This document shows, piece after piece, positions 8,122 through 16,996 of a DNA stretch of 45,421 nucleotides; within the stretch, counting starts at the first letter, position 1, and the number at the start of each line of letters is the position of its first letter. The notes below the pieces were generated by a model. It worked only from the letters and a program-made list of their open reading frames with translations, did not search any database and was not told the origin of the DNA. The stretch is from Alphaproteobacteria bacterium (GTDB lineage Bacteria > Pseudomonadota > Alphaproteobacteria > Rhodospirillales > 2-02-FULL-58-16): the NCBI GenBank assembly GCA_024278615.1, contig JAJRSS010000254.1:1-45421 (forward strand), read 5' to 3'. The position numbers and the translations under genes were made by a program.

Positions 8122-10023
8122 ATGCTGCATATCAACGATCTGGTTTTCCGCATCGGTGGGCGGGTTTTACTCGATGGCGCTTCGGCCACGGTGGCCGCCG
8201 GCCACAGGGCGGGGCTGGTCGGCCGCAACGGCACCGGCAAGACGACGCTGTTCCGGCTGATTACCGGCGAGGCCCACGCCGACGGCGGCACGATCACGGT
8301 TTCGGGGGGCGCCACCATCGGCACCGTCGCCCAGGAAGCGCCCAGCGGCGAGGCCGGCCTTCTGCAAACGGTGCTGGCGGCGGACAAGGAACGCAACGCC
8401 CTGCTGGACGAGGCGGAAACCGCCGCCGACCCGGGACGCATCGCCGACATTCATCACCGGCTGGCGGACATCGATTCCCACACCGCCGAGTCCCGCGCCG
8501 GGGCCATCCTCCAGGGACTAGGCTTCGATGCCGCCGCCCAGGCGCGCCCGGTGGGGGATTTTTCCGGCGGCTGGCGCATGCGCGTCGCCCTGGCCGCCGC
8601 CCTGTTCGCCCGCCCCGATCTCTTGCTGCTCGACGAGCCGACCAACCACCTGGACCTGGAAGCAACCCTGTGGCTGGAAAATTACCTGGCGAAATGGCCG
8701 GGAACCCTGCTGGTCATCAGCCATGACCGCACCTTGTTGAACACGGTGGTCGATGAGATCATCCACCTGCAAGGCGGCCGGCTGACCCGCTATGCCGGCG
8801 GCTACGACCGCTTCGAGCGCACCCGGCGGGAACGATTGGTGCTGGAATCCAAGATGCGGATGAAACAGGAAGCCGAGCGCCGCCACATCCAGTCTTTCGT
8901 CGACCGCTTCCGTTACAAGGCGACCAAGGCCCGCCAGGCGCAAAGCCGCATCAAGATGCTGGCCCGCATGGAACCCATCGCCTCGGTGATGGAGGAACGC
9001 ACCGTGACTTTCCGCTTTCCCGATCCCCAGCCCCTGGCGCCGCCGATCCTCTCTCTGGAAGACGTCGCCGCCGGATATGCCGCCGATACGCCGGTGTTGA
9101 CGGGTCTGAACCTGCGCATCGACATGGACGACCGCATCGCCCTGCTGGGGGCTAATGGCAACGGCAAGTCCACTCTGGTCAAGCTGCTGGCCGGACGCCT
9201 GCAGCCGCTGTCGGGCAGCCTGCGCCGGTCGGGCAAGCTCAGGGCTGGCTACTTCGCCCAGCACCAGACCGACGAGTTGGACGATGCAGGCACGCCTTTC
9301 GAGCACATGGCGCGGCTGCTGGAAGACAAAAAGCAGGCCTACGTCCGCGCCCGCCTGGGCGCCTTCGGATTCGAGCAGCAGCGGGCCGATACCCGGGTGG
9401 AGAACCTTTCCGGCGGCGAGAAGGCGAGGCTGCTGTTCGTCCTGATGAGCGTCCATGCGCCCCACATCATGTTGCTGGACGAACCCACCAACCACCTGGA
9501 CGTGGACGCCCGCGAATCCCTGGTGCAGGCGATGAACGATTACCAAGGCGCCATCATCCTGGTCAGCCACGACCCCCACCTGATCGAGTTGACCTGTGAC
9601 CGGCTGTGGCTGGTGGCCGGCGGCGCCTGCGACCCCTTCGACGGCGACCTGGCCGATTACCGCCGCCGGCTTTTGTCCCGGCGCCGGGAAGGAAATGAAA
9701 AGACAAGTCAGGAAGAAAACAACGCCGGCGCCCGGCAAAACGGAAAAGAGAGCAACCGCAAGAAAGCCCGGCGTGACCGCGCCCAGGCCCGGGCCCAGAA
9801 CGCCGGTCTCAGGCGTTCGGTCAAGGCGGCGGAAAAGCACATGGATTCCCTGGCCTCGAGGATCGAAGCCCTGGAGGCCCGGCTTACCGACCCGGCGGTG
9901 TACGAGGGCCCGACCGCGGCGTTGATGGAGTTGCAGGTCAAGCTCAGCGATTTAAAGTCTCAGTTGGCCCAATCGGAACAAGCTTGGCTGGAATCCCAGG
10001 CCCGCCTGGAAGAGGCGGGTTAA
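8122..10023 (+). CDS. ABC-F family ATPase (two ABC domains, no transmembrane domain, C-terminal coiled coil)
   Basis: Track ORF 7942..10023 was trimmed to the in-frame ATG at 8122 (MLHINDLVFRIGGRVLL). Walker A motifs GRNGTGKTT and GANGNGKST. ABC signatures FSGGWRMR and LSGGEKAR. The tail is charged (RREGNEKTSQEENN...). Confidence 0.9.
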   Translation: MLHINDLVFRIGGRVLLDGASATVAAGHRAGLVGRNGTGKTTLFRLITGEAHADGGTITVSGGATIGTVAQEAPSGEAGLLQTVLAADKERNALLDEAETAADPGRIADIHHRLADIDSHTAESRAGAILQGLGFDAAAQARPVGDFSGGWRMRVALAAALFARPDLLLLDEPTNHLDLEATLWLENYLAKWPGTLLVISHDRTLLNTVVDEIIHLQGGRLTRYAGGYDRFERTRRERLVLESKMRMKQEAERRHIQSFVDRFRYKATKARQAQSRIKMLARMEPIASVMEERTVTFRFPDPQPLAPPILSLEDVAAGYAADTPVLTGLNLRIDMDDRIALLGANGNGKSTLVKLLAGRLQPLSGSLRRSGKLRAGYFAQHQTDELDDAGTPFEHMARLLEDKKQAYVRARLGAFGFEQQRADTRVENLSGGEKARLLFVLMSVHAPHIMLLDEPTNHLDVDARESLVQAMNDYQGAIILVSHDPHLIELTCDRLWLVAGGACDPFDGDLADYRRRLLSRRREGNEKTSQEENNAGARQNGKESNRKKARRDRAQARAQNAGLRRSVKAAEKHMDSLASRIEALEARLTDPAVYEGPTAALMELQVKLSDLKSQLAQSEQAWLESQARLEEAG

Positions 10024-11174
10024 GCCGTTTCCGTCAGCGCCAGTTTCCTGCCCTGGACGGACAACGCCAGTTCGCCCCGGCGCAGTTTCAGGGCCGCTTC
10101 GCCGTAAACTTCCCGCCGCCAGCCGTGCAGCGCCGGCACGTCGGCGTCTTCGCCGAAAGCGGCGATCAGTTCCACCTGGGCGGCGGAAGCCAGCAGCTTG
10201 GGCGCGACGTCCGATTCCTCGCATTTCATCTTCAACAGGACCTTCAGCAGGTCGGTCACCGGGCCGATGCCGCGGGGCAGGTCCGGCTTGACCTTGGGCC
10301 GCGGGCATCGGTCTTCGGGCGTCGCCAGTCCTTTTTGCACCGCTTCCAGCAGCGCCTTGCCGCCCTTGCCTTCGGCCAGCCCCCTGCCCAGGCCCCGGGT
10401 ACGGGCCAGCTGGTCCGTCGTCTTGGGCAAGTGGTGGGCGACCTCGATCAGGGACTCTTCGCGCAACACCCGGTTGCGGGGTATGTCCAGGCGCTGGGCC
10501 TGCCGCTCCCGCCACGCCGCCACTTCCCTGAGCACGGCCAGAAAGCGGGGCTTGGCGCCCCGGCTTTTGATCCTCAGGTAAGCCTTATCCGGGTCCATGG
10601 CGTAGGTTTCGTCGGCGGTCAGCACCGCCATTTCCTCATCCAGCCAGCTGGCCCGGCCATTGGCCGCCAGCTTGTCCCGAAGCTTTTCATACACCGGGCG
10701 CAGGTGGGTAACGTCGGAAATGGCATAATGAATTTGCTTTTCGCTCAGCGGCCGGTGCGCCCAGTCGGTGAAGCGGGACGATTTGTCGATGACGCCCCGG
10801 GTGGTCTTGGCGACCAGGCCTTCGTAGCCCACCTGTTCGCCGAAACCCAGCACCATGGCCGCCACCTGGGTGTCGAACACGGGCGCCGGCAGCGACCCGG
10901 TCAGGTGGTAGAATATTTCCAGGTCCTGGCGGGCGGCATGGAAAACCTTGACCGTCTCCGGCCGGGCCAGAAGCTCGAACAGGGGGCCCAGGTCGATGCC
11001 CGGGGCCAGGGCGTCGATGGCCGTGGCTTCCTTCGCCGCCCCCACCTGGACCACGCAAAGGATGGGCCAGTAGGTCTTTTCGCGCATGAATTCCGTATCG
11101 ACGGTCAGGTACGGCTCGCCGGAAACGCGTCGGCAAAAGGCGGCCAGGGTTCCGGTGTCGGTGATCAGGGTCAT
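10020..11174 (-). CDS. rnd: Ribonuclease D
   Basis: 384 aa. DEDD exonuclease N-terminus (YLTVDTEFMREKTYWPILCVVQV, AISDVTHL) followed by an HRDC-like C-terminal region. Length is typical of RNase D. Confidence 0.92.
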   Translation of the reverse strand: MTLITDTGTLAAFCRRVSGEPYLTVDTEFMREKTYWPILCVVQVGAAKEATAIDALAPGIDLGPLFELLARPETVKVFHAARQDLEIFYHLTGSLPAPVFDTQVAAMVLGFGEQVGYEGLVAKTTRGVIDKSSRFTDWAHRPLSEKQIHYAISDVTHLRPVYEKLRDKLAANGRASWLDEEMAVLTADETYAMDPDKAYLRIKSRGAKPRFLAVLREVAAWRERQAQRLDIPRNRVLREESLIEVAHHLPKTTDQLARTRGLGRGLAEGKGGKALLEAVQKGLATPEDRCPRPKVKPDLPRGIGPVTDLLKVLLKMKCEESDVAPKLLASAAQVELIAAFGEDADVPALHGWRREVYGEAALKLRRGELALSVQGRKLALTETA

Positions 11175-11268
11175 GGGCGGGAGTTAATACACGGATTCAA
11201 CAGCGGCAGAAAGGGAGAAGGGACAAAGGGGGCCGGCGCGAAATTCCACCGCAATTCAAAAAGGTTCT

Positions 11269-11844
11269 TCAGAACGAAGACCCGGGCTGCTTCAGGAACT
11301 CGATTTCCTCCACCGTGCTTTTCCGGCCCAGCACGTTGTTGCGGTGGGGAAAGCGACCGAAGCGGGCGACAACATTCCGGTGACGGACGGCGAAATCATA
11401 GGTGTCGGCGAAATCCAGCGCCTTGTAGAGCGCCACGGACCGTTCCTGATCCTCAAGATCTTCGCTGTGTTCCAGGGGCAGGTAAAGGAACAATCGCATG
11501 GCCGGGATCAGGTCCTTGTCCATGCCTGTATCGACGGCCCGCTTGGTCAGCGCCAGGGCCCTGGCGTCGGTGGCGAAGGCCCGCAGGCTGTCCCGGTAAA
11601 GGTTGCGGGGGAACTGGTCCAGCATGATGACCAGGGCGGTCATGCCTTGCGGAGATTCGGCCAGGAAGTCATATTCGCCCTTTGCCGCCCGCCGTTGACC
11701 GGCCAAAAAGCGGTGGCGGATTTCAGCGTCGAAGGACGGGTCTTTTACCCACCATGCCTTGCGGTTGCCACCGTATTCTTCGGATTCCTTGGTGCCGAAC
11801 CAGAAATCCAGCACTTGGCAGATCATTTCCGCGCCGTCATTCAT
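11269..11844 (-). CDS. DUF924 family protein
   Basis: 191 aa with characteristic segments VLDFWF, DQFPRN and RFGRFPHRN. Confidence 0.85.
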   Translation of the reverse strand: MNDGAEMICQVLDFWFGTKESEEYGGNRKAWWVKDPSFDAEIRHRFLAGQRRAAKGEYDFLAESPQGMTALVIMLDQFPRNLYRDSLRAFATDARALALTKRAVDTGMDKDLIPAMRLFLYLPLEHSEDLEDQERSVALYKALDFADTYDFAVRHRNVVARFGRFPHRNNVLGRKSTVEEIEFLKQPGSSF

Positions 11845-11942
11845 GGCTTTTTCTCAACCCCGCGCCACACGGTTATGGCCGCCGATATTAACCGCATAAA
11901 TACCCTTGTCCACCCGTTCCAGGGCTTCTTCCATCCACGCAA

Positions 11943-11988
11943 ATGGGGGTCAGGTCTTGTTTTATTGCTTCTTGAAATACCCCCATGC
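11943..11988. repeat. Copy A of a short intergenic repeat family (core CAGGYCYTGTTTTWTTGCTTC)
   Basis: ATGGGGGTCAGGTCTTGTTTTATTGCTTCTTGAAATACCCCCAT. Its ends (ATGGGGGT/ACCCCCAT) are inverted repeats. The core recurs at 13514-13533 and, inverted, at 13566-13585. Confidence 0.7.
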
Positions 11989-12025
11989 TTCCCGGCCTGG
12001 AACCGGCGGACGGGGCTTTCGTGAG

Positions 12026-12057
12026 TTCCGGTCCATTGCCGTTCCGGGCCATTGCCG
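12026..12057 (+). repeat. 16-nt tandem duplication (TTCCGGTCCATTGCCG / TTCCGGGCCATTGCCG)
   Basis: Two adjacent units differing at one position, read directly from the sequence in the DUF924/CBS intergenic region. Confidence 0.9.
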
Positions 12058-12108
12058 TGGTTTTCGGGCACTGGACGTGTTATAATTTTTTTAGACGTAA
12101 TTTTTCCG

Positions 12109-12141
12109 GAGCCGCTGTTCTCCGGTGCGTCGGCTCTTTTT
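12109..12141 (+). terminator. Terminator/attenuator-like hairpin with T-run upstream of the CBS gene
   Basis: GAGCCG (12109-12114) pairs with CGGCTC (12131-12136), followed by TTTTT. A competing stem is possible: CCGGAG (12106-12111) with CTCCGG (12120-12125). A TATAAT hexamer lies at 12081-12086. Confidence 0.35.
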
Positions 12142-12223
12142 GAAATTCTGTGTCTTGGTGGTTGCGCGAGGGCGGTTGCCCTTGCGCGGGCCATTGGACG
12201 CAGGGGAAAAGTAGGAGGATGCA

Positions 12224-12646
12224 ATGCTAGTCAAGGAAATTATGACCTCCAATGTGGAGTGGGTAGGCCCCGACATGACCATCGACAAGCTGGCCATCCG
12301 CATGAAGGACCGGGACATCGGCTGCCTGCCGGTGGAGGAGGGCAACCGGCTGGTCGGCCTGGTTACCGACCGGGATATCGCGATCCGTGCCATCGCCGCC
12401 GGCCTCGATCCGAAAACCGCCATGGCAAGGGAGATCATGTCCAAGGACGTGATTTATTGCTTCGAGGACCAGGATCTGGATGACGCCGCCCATGTCATGG
12501 AGGAAAAGAGGGTCCGCCGCCTGCCGGTGCTCAGCCGGTTTGACAAGGCTCTGGTGGGCATGCTTGCCCTGGACGACCTGTCCAAGGCGGCATCACACCA
12601 ATTGGCGGGTGAAGTGATGGAGGCGGTTTCGATCGTTCACCACTGA
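12224..12646 (+). CDS. CBS domain pair protein
   Basis: 140 aa with two CBS-type modules (VKEIMTSNVEWVGPDMTI...GCLPV; AREIMSKDVIYCFEDQDLDDAAHVMEEKRVRRLPV). A strong AGGAGGA lies upstream of the ATG. Confidence 0.85.
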   Translation: MLVKEIMTSNVEWVGPDMTIDKLAIRMKDRDIGCLPVEEGNRLVGLVTDRDIAIRAIAAGLDPKTAMAREIMSKDVIYCFEDQDLDDAAHVMEEKRVRRLPVLSRFDKALVGMLALDDLSKAASHQLAGEVMEAVSIVHH

Positions 12647-12790
12647 TGGCTTCCGCAATAAACAAGCGAAACGCGGGAGACGCGGATACCTCATGCGGCT
12701 TGGCATGAGAGGCGCGCCGCCGACCCCGGGCATGGCGGGGATGAATTTAGATCACATGAACATGTGACGGGCGGAACCGCGCCGGGCTCC

Positions 12791-13210
12791 TCAGGTGCGA
12801 TCGACGATTGAGATATCGGGGCGTTTGTTCAGGGCCGCCAATGCGGCGTCGATATGATCGAGCCGGGTCGCATGGCGGATGTTCAGTAGGCGATCGACCT
12901 GGGGGCCATGCCAGGCCAACCGGCGGGCCAGTTCCGCCTTGTTCACCCGCCTTTCCCCCATTGCCTGGTAGATGAGAACCTTCAAGGCCGTTTGGGTCGG
13001 CAGGGCGGCCTTGTGCTTCCCCCTGGATGGGCTTGGAACTTCCTCCCTGCTGGCGATACGTGCGGCGATTGCTTCTTCCAAAGCATCGACAGCGTGAAGC
13101 AGCGCGTCTTCATGATCGTCGCCAAAGGTCGTCAATTCGGGGAAGTCCCTGCTGGTGGCAAGCACCGTCCCGTTATCGTCGGGTTTCAGGCGAATCGGAT
13201 ATGCCAACAT
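12791..13210 (-). CDS. hicB: Type II antitoxin, HicB family
   Basis: 139 aa. HicB-like N-terminus (YPIRLKPDDNGTVLATSRDFPELTTFGDDHEDAL) and a C-terminal HTH (VNKAELARRLAWHGPQVDRLL). It lies 42 nt downstream of a HicA-like ORF. Confidence 0.85.
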   Translation of the reverse strand: MLAYPIRLKPDDNGTVLATSRDFPELTTFGDDHEDALLHAVDALEEAIAARIASREEVPSPSRGKHKAALPTQTALKVLIYQAMGERRVNKAELARRLAWHGPQVDRLLNIRHATRLDHIDAALAALNKRPDISIVDRT

Positions 13211-13252
13211 GAGATTTCGTACTCCTACGGTTCAAATAAGCCCCAAATCCTT

Positions 13253-13420
13253 CTAGATCTTGTGGACAAGACCACGGCCTAACTCTTTGCGTCCACCGTG
13301 CATGGGTAACTGTGTGGTTCGCTTTCCAAGCGAGACAGTCAAATGACCGCTCCCGCCTTTATGAGTTTGAAAATCACAGCCATGTTTCTTAAGCCACTTT
13401 CTTAACTCACTGTCGTTCAT
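13253..13420 (-). CDS. hicA: Type II toxin, HicA family mRNA interferase (55 aa, below ORF-track cutoff)
   Basis: Manual translation of the minus strand gives MNDSELRKWLKKHGCDFQTHKGGSGHLTVSLGKRTTQLPMHGGRKELGRGLVHKI, then TAG. It has a HicA-like layout with the conserved G-S-G-H segment and sits immediately upstream of hicB. Confidence 0.8.
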   Translation of the reverse strand: MNDSELRKWLKKHGCDFQTHKGGSGHLTVSLGKRTTQLPMHGGRKELGRGLVHKI

Positions 13421-13513
13421 GGCACGTCACGATATACAACACTTTTGTTGTGTGCTGTGTGACATTGTCGGTTGAGGCGGTCTCCATTCCATAGACTCCA
13501 TCACAAAAGAGAT

Positions 13514-13597
13514 CAGGCCTTGTTTTTTGCTTCTTGAAACACCCGACCCTTGATCGCGGAGTGACGAAGCAAAAAACAGGGCCTGCCCCCCATACTT
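13514..13597. repeat. Inverted pair (copies B and C) of the same intergenic repeat family
   Basis: CAGGCCTTGTTTTTTGCTTC (13514-13533) and GAAGCAAAAAACAGGGCCTG (13566-13585) are reverse complements with one mismatch and a 32-nt spacer. Copy C continues into CCCCCCAT, which matches the ATGGGGG end of copy A. Confidence 0.75.
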
Positions 13598-13898
13598 CGA
13601 CTCACATACTTCTTTAACCCACATACTCTACGTGGATTATTTTCCTTGAACTCTTTGTGAAGAGGGTATATTTTCCTGTTTTATACTTTTTAAGGAAAAT
13701 ACATGGTCGCCGGGCGAGACTCCCTGGATTGCAGCTTTTAGACCGCAGCAAGGCCAGTGCCGTATTCCCGGCAAAGCTCGCCTTGACAAGAGAGCCGGGA
13801 AAGTGTGCTTTTCCGCCTCTTGCTTCCTTGTACCCCTTGGCGCCACTTCACCGCTTCTGGACAGCTTCTGGCCGCCGTTTCTGGATAACCTGATAATC

Positions 13899-15716
13899 AT
13901 GACCATGCATCCCTACCGCACCCACACCTGCGCCGAATTAAGGCTGGATCACGCCGGGCAACGGGTCCGCCTTTCCGGCTGGATCCACCGCAAGCGGGAT
14001 CACGGCAACCTTTTGTTCATCGACCTGCGCGACCACTACGGCCTGACCCAGTGCGTCATCGACATTTCCAGCCGCCTGTTCCCCCTGGCCGAAGGGGCGC
14101 GGCCGGAAAGCGTCATCACCGTTACCGGCGCCGTGGTCGAACGGTCGGCAGACACCGTCAATCCGTCCCTGCCCACCGGACAGGTGGAATTGGCGATCGA
14201 CGAAATTCACATCGAAAGCCCGGCCGACGTGTTGCCTATGCAAGTGGCGGGCGAGGCGGAATACTCGGATGAAATGCGCCTGACCCACCGTTTTTTGGAT
14301 TTGCGCCGGCCCGAGGTTCACGCCAACATCATGCTCCGCGGGCAGATCATCGCCTCCATCCGCCGGCGCATGATCGAGGCCGGGTTCGCCGAATTCCAGA
14401 CCCCCATCCTCACCGCATCCTCGCCGGAAGGAGCCAGGGATTACCTGGTGCCTTCGCGCAACCACCCGGGGCAGTTTTACGCCCTGCCCCAAGCGCCGCA
14501 GCAGTTCAAGCAATTGCTCATGGTTTCCGGCTTCGACCGCTATTTCCAGATCGCGCCTTGTTTCCGCGACGAAGACGCGCGGGCCGACCGCAGCCCGGGC
14601 GAATTCTACCAGTTGGATTTCGAGATGGCCTTCGTCACCCAGGAAGACGTGTTCGCCGCCATCGAACCGGTGCTGCACGGGGTGTTCGACGAATTCAAAG
14701 GCGTCCGCACGGTGACCGCGCCGCCTTTCCCGCGCATCCCGTATGCGGAATCCATGCTCAAGTATGGCTCCGACAAGCCGGACCTGCGCAACCCCATCGT
14801 CATCCACGACGTCACCGGAGCCTTTAGCGATTCCGCCTTTGGCTTGTTCGCCAGGAACGTCGCCAAGGGTTTCGTCGTCCGCGCCATCCCGGCGCCGGGC
14901 GCGGCGGCCAAGCCGCGCAGCTTCTTCGACAAGCTCAACGATTGGGCCAGGGAGGAAGGAGCCGGCGGCCTGGGCTACATGATCTTCGAAGACGGCGGCG
15001 CGAAAGGCCCGATCGGCAAGAACCTGGAAGCGGACCGCACCGAGACCATCCGGCAGGCCACCGGGGCCAAGAGCGGCGACGCCGTGTTCTTTGTCTGCCA
15101 GCCGAAAAAGGACGCCGAACGCTTCGCCGGCATGGCCAGGATGCGCATCTGCGATGAGTTGGACTTGTTGGAAAAAGAGGCGCTCAGTTTCTGCTGGATC
15201 GTCGATTACCCGATGTTCGAAATGAACGAGGAAACGGGCCGCGTCGAATTCAGCCACAATCCGTTTTCCATGCCCCAGGGGGGGATGGAGGCGCTGGAGG
15301 AAATGGACCCCCTGGACATCCTGGCCTATCAGTACGACATTGTCTGCAACGGGGTTGAACTGTCGTCCGGCGCCATCCGTAACCACCGGCCCGATATCAT
15401 GATCAAGGCCTTTGGCATCGCCGGATACGGACCCCAAGTGGTGGAGGAAAAGTTCGGCGGGTTGTTGAATGCCTTTCGCTATGGGGCGCCGCCCCACGGC
15501 GGCTCGGCGCCGGGCATCGACCGCATCGTCATGCTGCTGGCCGACGAGCCCAACATCCGCGAGATCATCGCCTTCCCCATGAACCAGCAGGCCCAGGACC
15601 TGCTCATGGGGGCACCGGCGGCGGTCGAGCCCGAGCGTCTCAGGGATCTGCATTTGAAGCTGAATTTGCCTAAAATTAAATCATCCGCCGAAGGCGGCAA
15701 AAGCAGAAAATCTTAA
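13899..15716 (+). CDS. aspS: Aspartate--tRNA ligase
   Basis: Track ORF 13803..15716 was trimmed to the ATG at 13899 ([15 protein letters not shown]). OB-fold N-terminus ([19 protein letters not shown]). Class II motifs [19 protein letters not shown] and [14 protein letters not shown]. About 605 aa, as expected for bacterial AspRS. Confidence 0.95.
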   Translation: MTMHPYRTHTCAELRLDHAGQRVRLSGWIHRKRDHGNLLFIDLRDHYGLTQCVIDISSRLFPLAEGARPESVITVTGAVVERSADTVNPSLPTGQVELAIDEIHIESPADVLPMQVAGEAEYSDEMRLTHRFLDLRRPEVHANIMLRGQIIASIRRRMIEAGFAEFQTPILTASSPEGARDYLVPSRNHPGQFYALPQAPQQFKQLLMVSGFDRYFQIAPCFRDEDARADRSPGEFYQLDFEMAFVTQEDVFAAIEPVLHGVFDEFKGVRTVTAPPFPRIPYAESMLKYGSDKPDLRNPIVIHDVTGAFSDSAFGLFARNVAKGFVVRAIPAPGAAAKPRSFFDKLNDWAREEGAGGLGYMIFEDGGAKGPIGKNLEADRTETIRQATGAKSGDAVFFVCQPKKDAERFAGMARMRICDELDLLEKEALSFCWIVDYPMFEMNEETGRVEFSHNPFSMPQGGMEALEEMDPLDILAYQYDIVCNGVELSSGAIRNHRPDIMIKAFGIAGYGPQVVEEKFGGLLNAFRYGAPPHGGSAPGIDRIVMLLADEPNIREIIAFPMNQQAQDLLMGAPAAVEPERLRDLHLKLNLPKIKSSAEGGKSRKS

Positions 15717-15952
15717 CGAAATGAAAAGGATGGCCGCCTAGGATCATCCCCGACAATGACTCTTTCGAAGGTGTGGCGAAGGCATGATGAATGTGCCGCG
15801 AAGGCGCCGCGAAAGGGTTCCGGAAGCCGCATTTCAGACCGGGGAAACAAGCCGGCGAAAATGCGGCGCCGTTTGGGGGAAGTAAAGTAAGGAGAGACTT
15901 CTCAACGGGGAATTTTCTCCGACGCAAAGAATGCTCTGGGAAGGGTGACGCC

Positions 15953-16993
15953 ATGAAGAAGTTTCTTGCGCTGTCCGTACTCCTGGTGCTCCTCACCGGA
16001 TGCGCCATACCACTGCCCCTGAAGATCGCGACGTGGGCCATAGACGGCATTTCCTACCTGGCCAGCGGCAAGTCGGTGACCGATCACGGAATTTCCCTGC
16101 TTGCCCAGCAAGATTGCGCCCTGTGGCGGACGGTCAAAGGCGAACCCATCTGTTCCGATTACGGCGACGATACAGGTACGGTGATCGCCGCCGTCGACAG
16201 CGGGCCGCGGATCGCGCCGGAAGGGCAAGCGATGTTGCAAGAAGCCCGGGTCAACGCCGAGGCCAACGCCAAGGCCGCCGGCCGGGAAATCCCTTCGGCA
16301 CCCGATGATATTACCGGCGTGCCCGGGGGTGAAGACACGGCATGGTCAAACCCCGGCGGCGAGACGGTGGGCAATGGGGAGTCCTTGGAGCAGGAACCTG
16401 GGGAAGACCTTTTCAAGGTGCTGCCCCTGGAAGACCTGCTTGACGGCCTGCTGCCGGCGTCCAGTCCCACCGGTAGCAGTGAAACGGAACGGGCCGTGGC
16501 ATTCCTTCCGGCCGAAGCCGCGGTTGGCCAAGACGCATTACCGGGCGTGACGCCGGCGGCCACGAAGCCGGAAACTAGGCCGAAAACCGAAGTGGCGCCG
16601 GTTCCGTCCCGGAAACCGGCGGCCGGTTTAGCCAACAACGGTTCAGCCAGGAGCGGACCGGCAAGGCTGACCCTGGCTTCGGTGCCGGCGCCGGCCAACA
16701 GGTTCCTGGTCATCGGCAGCTTCGCCGGCAAGGCCAACGCCCGCTATCTGGCGGGCCAGTACAACGGCCTGGAGCCGACGGTGATCACCGCCGACCTGGA
16801 CGGCCGCACCCGCTACCGGGTGGTGGTTGGGCCGTTTTCCAGGGGGGAGGAAAAGAATATCCGCCGGCGCCTGAAACGGGTCGGCATCTACGATTCTTGG
16901 CCCATCGACCTGAAGGTGGCGGAGTGGATCGAAGCCCGCCGCCAACCCCTCCACAGGGAAACCGAAGACCGCCAACTGGCCCAGGTTGATTAG
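15953..16993 (+). CDS. SPOR domain-containing lipoprotein
   Basis: Track ORF trimmed to the ATG at 15953 (MKKFLALSVLLVLLTGC, a lipobox). It has a long Pro/Ala/Glu-rich linker and a C-terminal SPOR-like fold (RFLVIGSFAGKANARYLAGQY...RYRVVVGPFSRGEE). Confidence 0.8.
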   Translation: MKKFLALSVLLVLLTGCAIPLPLKIATWAIDGISYLASGKSVTDHGISLLAQQDCALWRTVKGEPICSDYGDDTGTVIAAVDSGPRIAPEGQAMLQEARVNAEANAKAAGREIPSAPDDITGVPGGEDTAWSNPGGETVGNGESLEQEPGEDLFKVLPLEDLLDGLLPASSPTGSSETERAVAFLPAEAAVGQDALPGVTPAATKPETRPKTEVAPVPSRKPAAGLANNGSARSGPARLTLASVPAPANRFLVIGSFAGKANARYLAGQYNGLEPTVITADLDGRTRYRVVVGPFSRGEEKNIRRRLKRVGIYDSWPIDLKVAEWIEARRQPLHRETEDRQLAQVD

Positions 16994-16996
16994 GGT

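Noticed and set aside
8518-9840. Very long ORFs antisense to recognisable genes: 8518-9840 (-), 13938-15653 (-), 23374-24927 (+), 27811-28953 (-), 36972-38636 (+), 41700-43091 (-), 43192-44118 (-), 44097-45056 (-), 9984-11627 (+).
   Set aside because: Each lies opposite a gene with clear family motifs. Their translations are Arg/Gly/Pro/Ala-rich and low in complexity. Stop-poor antisense frames are expected in GC-rich DNA.
10020-10023. ABC-F and rnd converge and share a TTAA, so the two stop codons overlap.
   Set aside because: It is real in the sequence but a trivial consequence of tight convergent packing. No hairpin or other signal is associated with it.
15826-15867. Hairpin GCCGCATTT...AAATGCGGC about 110 nt after the aspS stop.
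   Set aside because: The stem is clear, but the loop is 24 nt and only TTT follows it, so I do not call it an intrinsic terminator.
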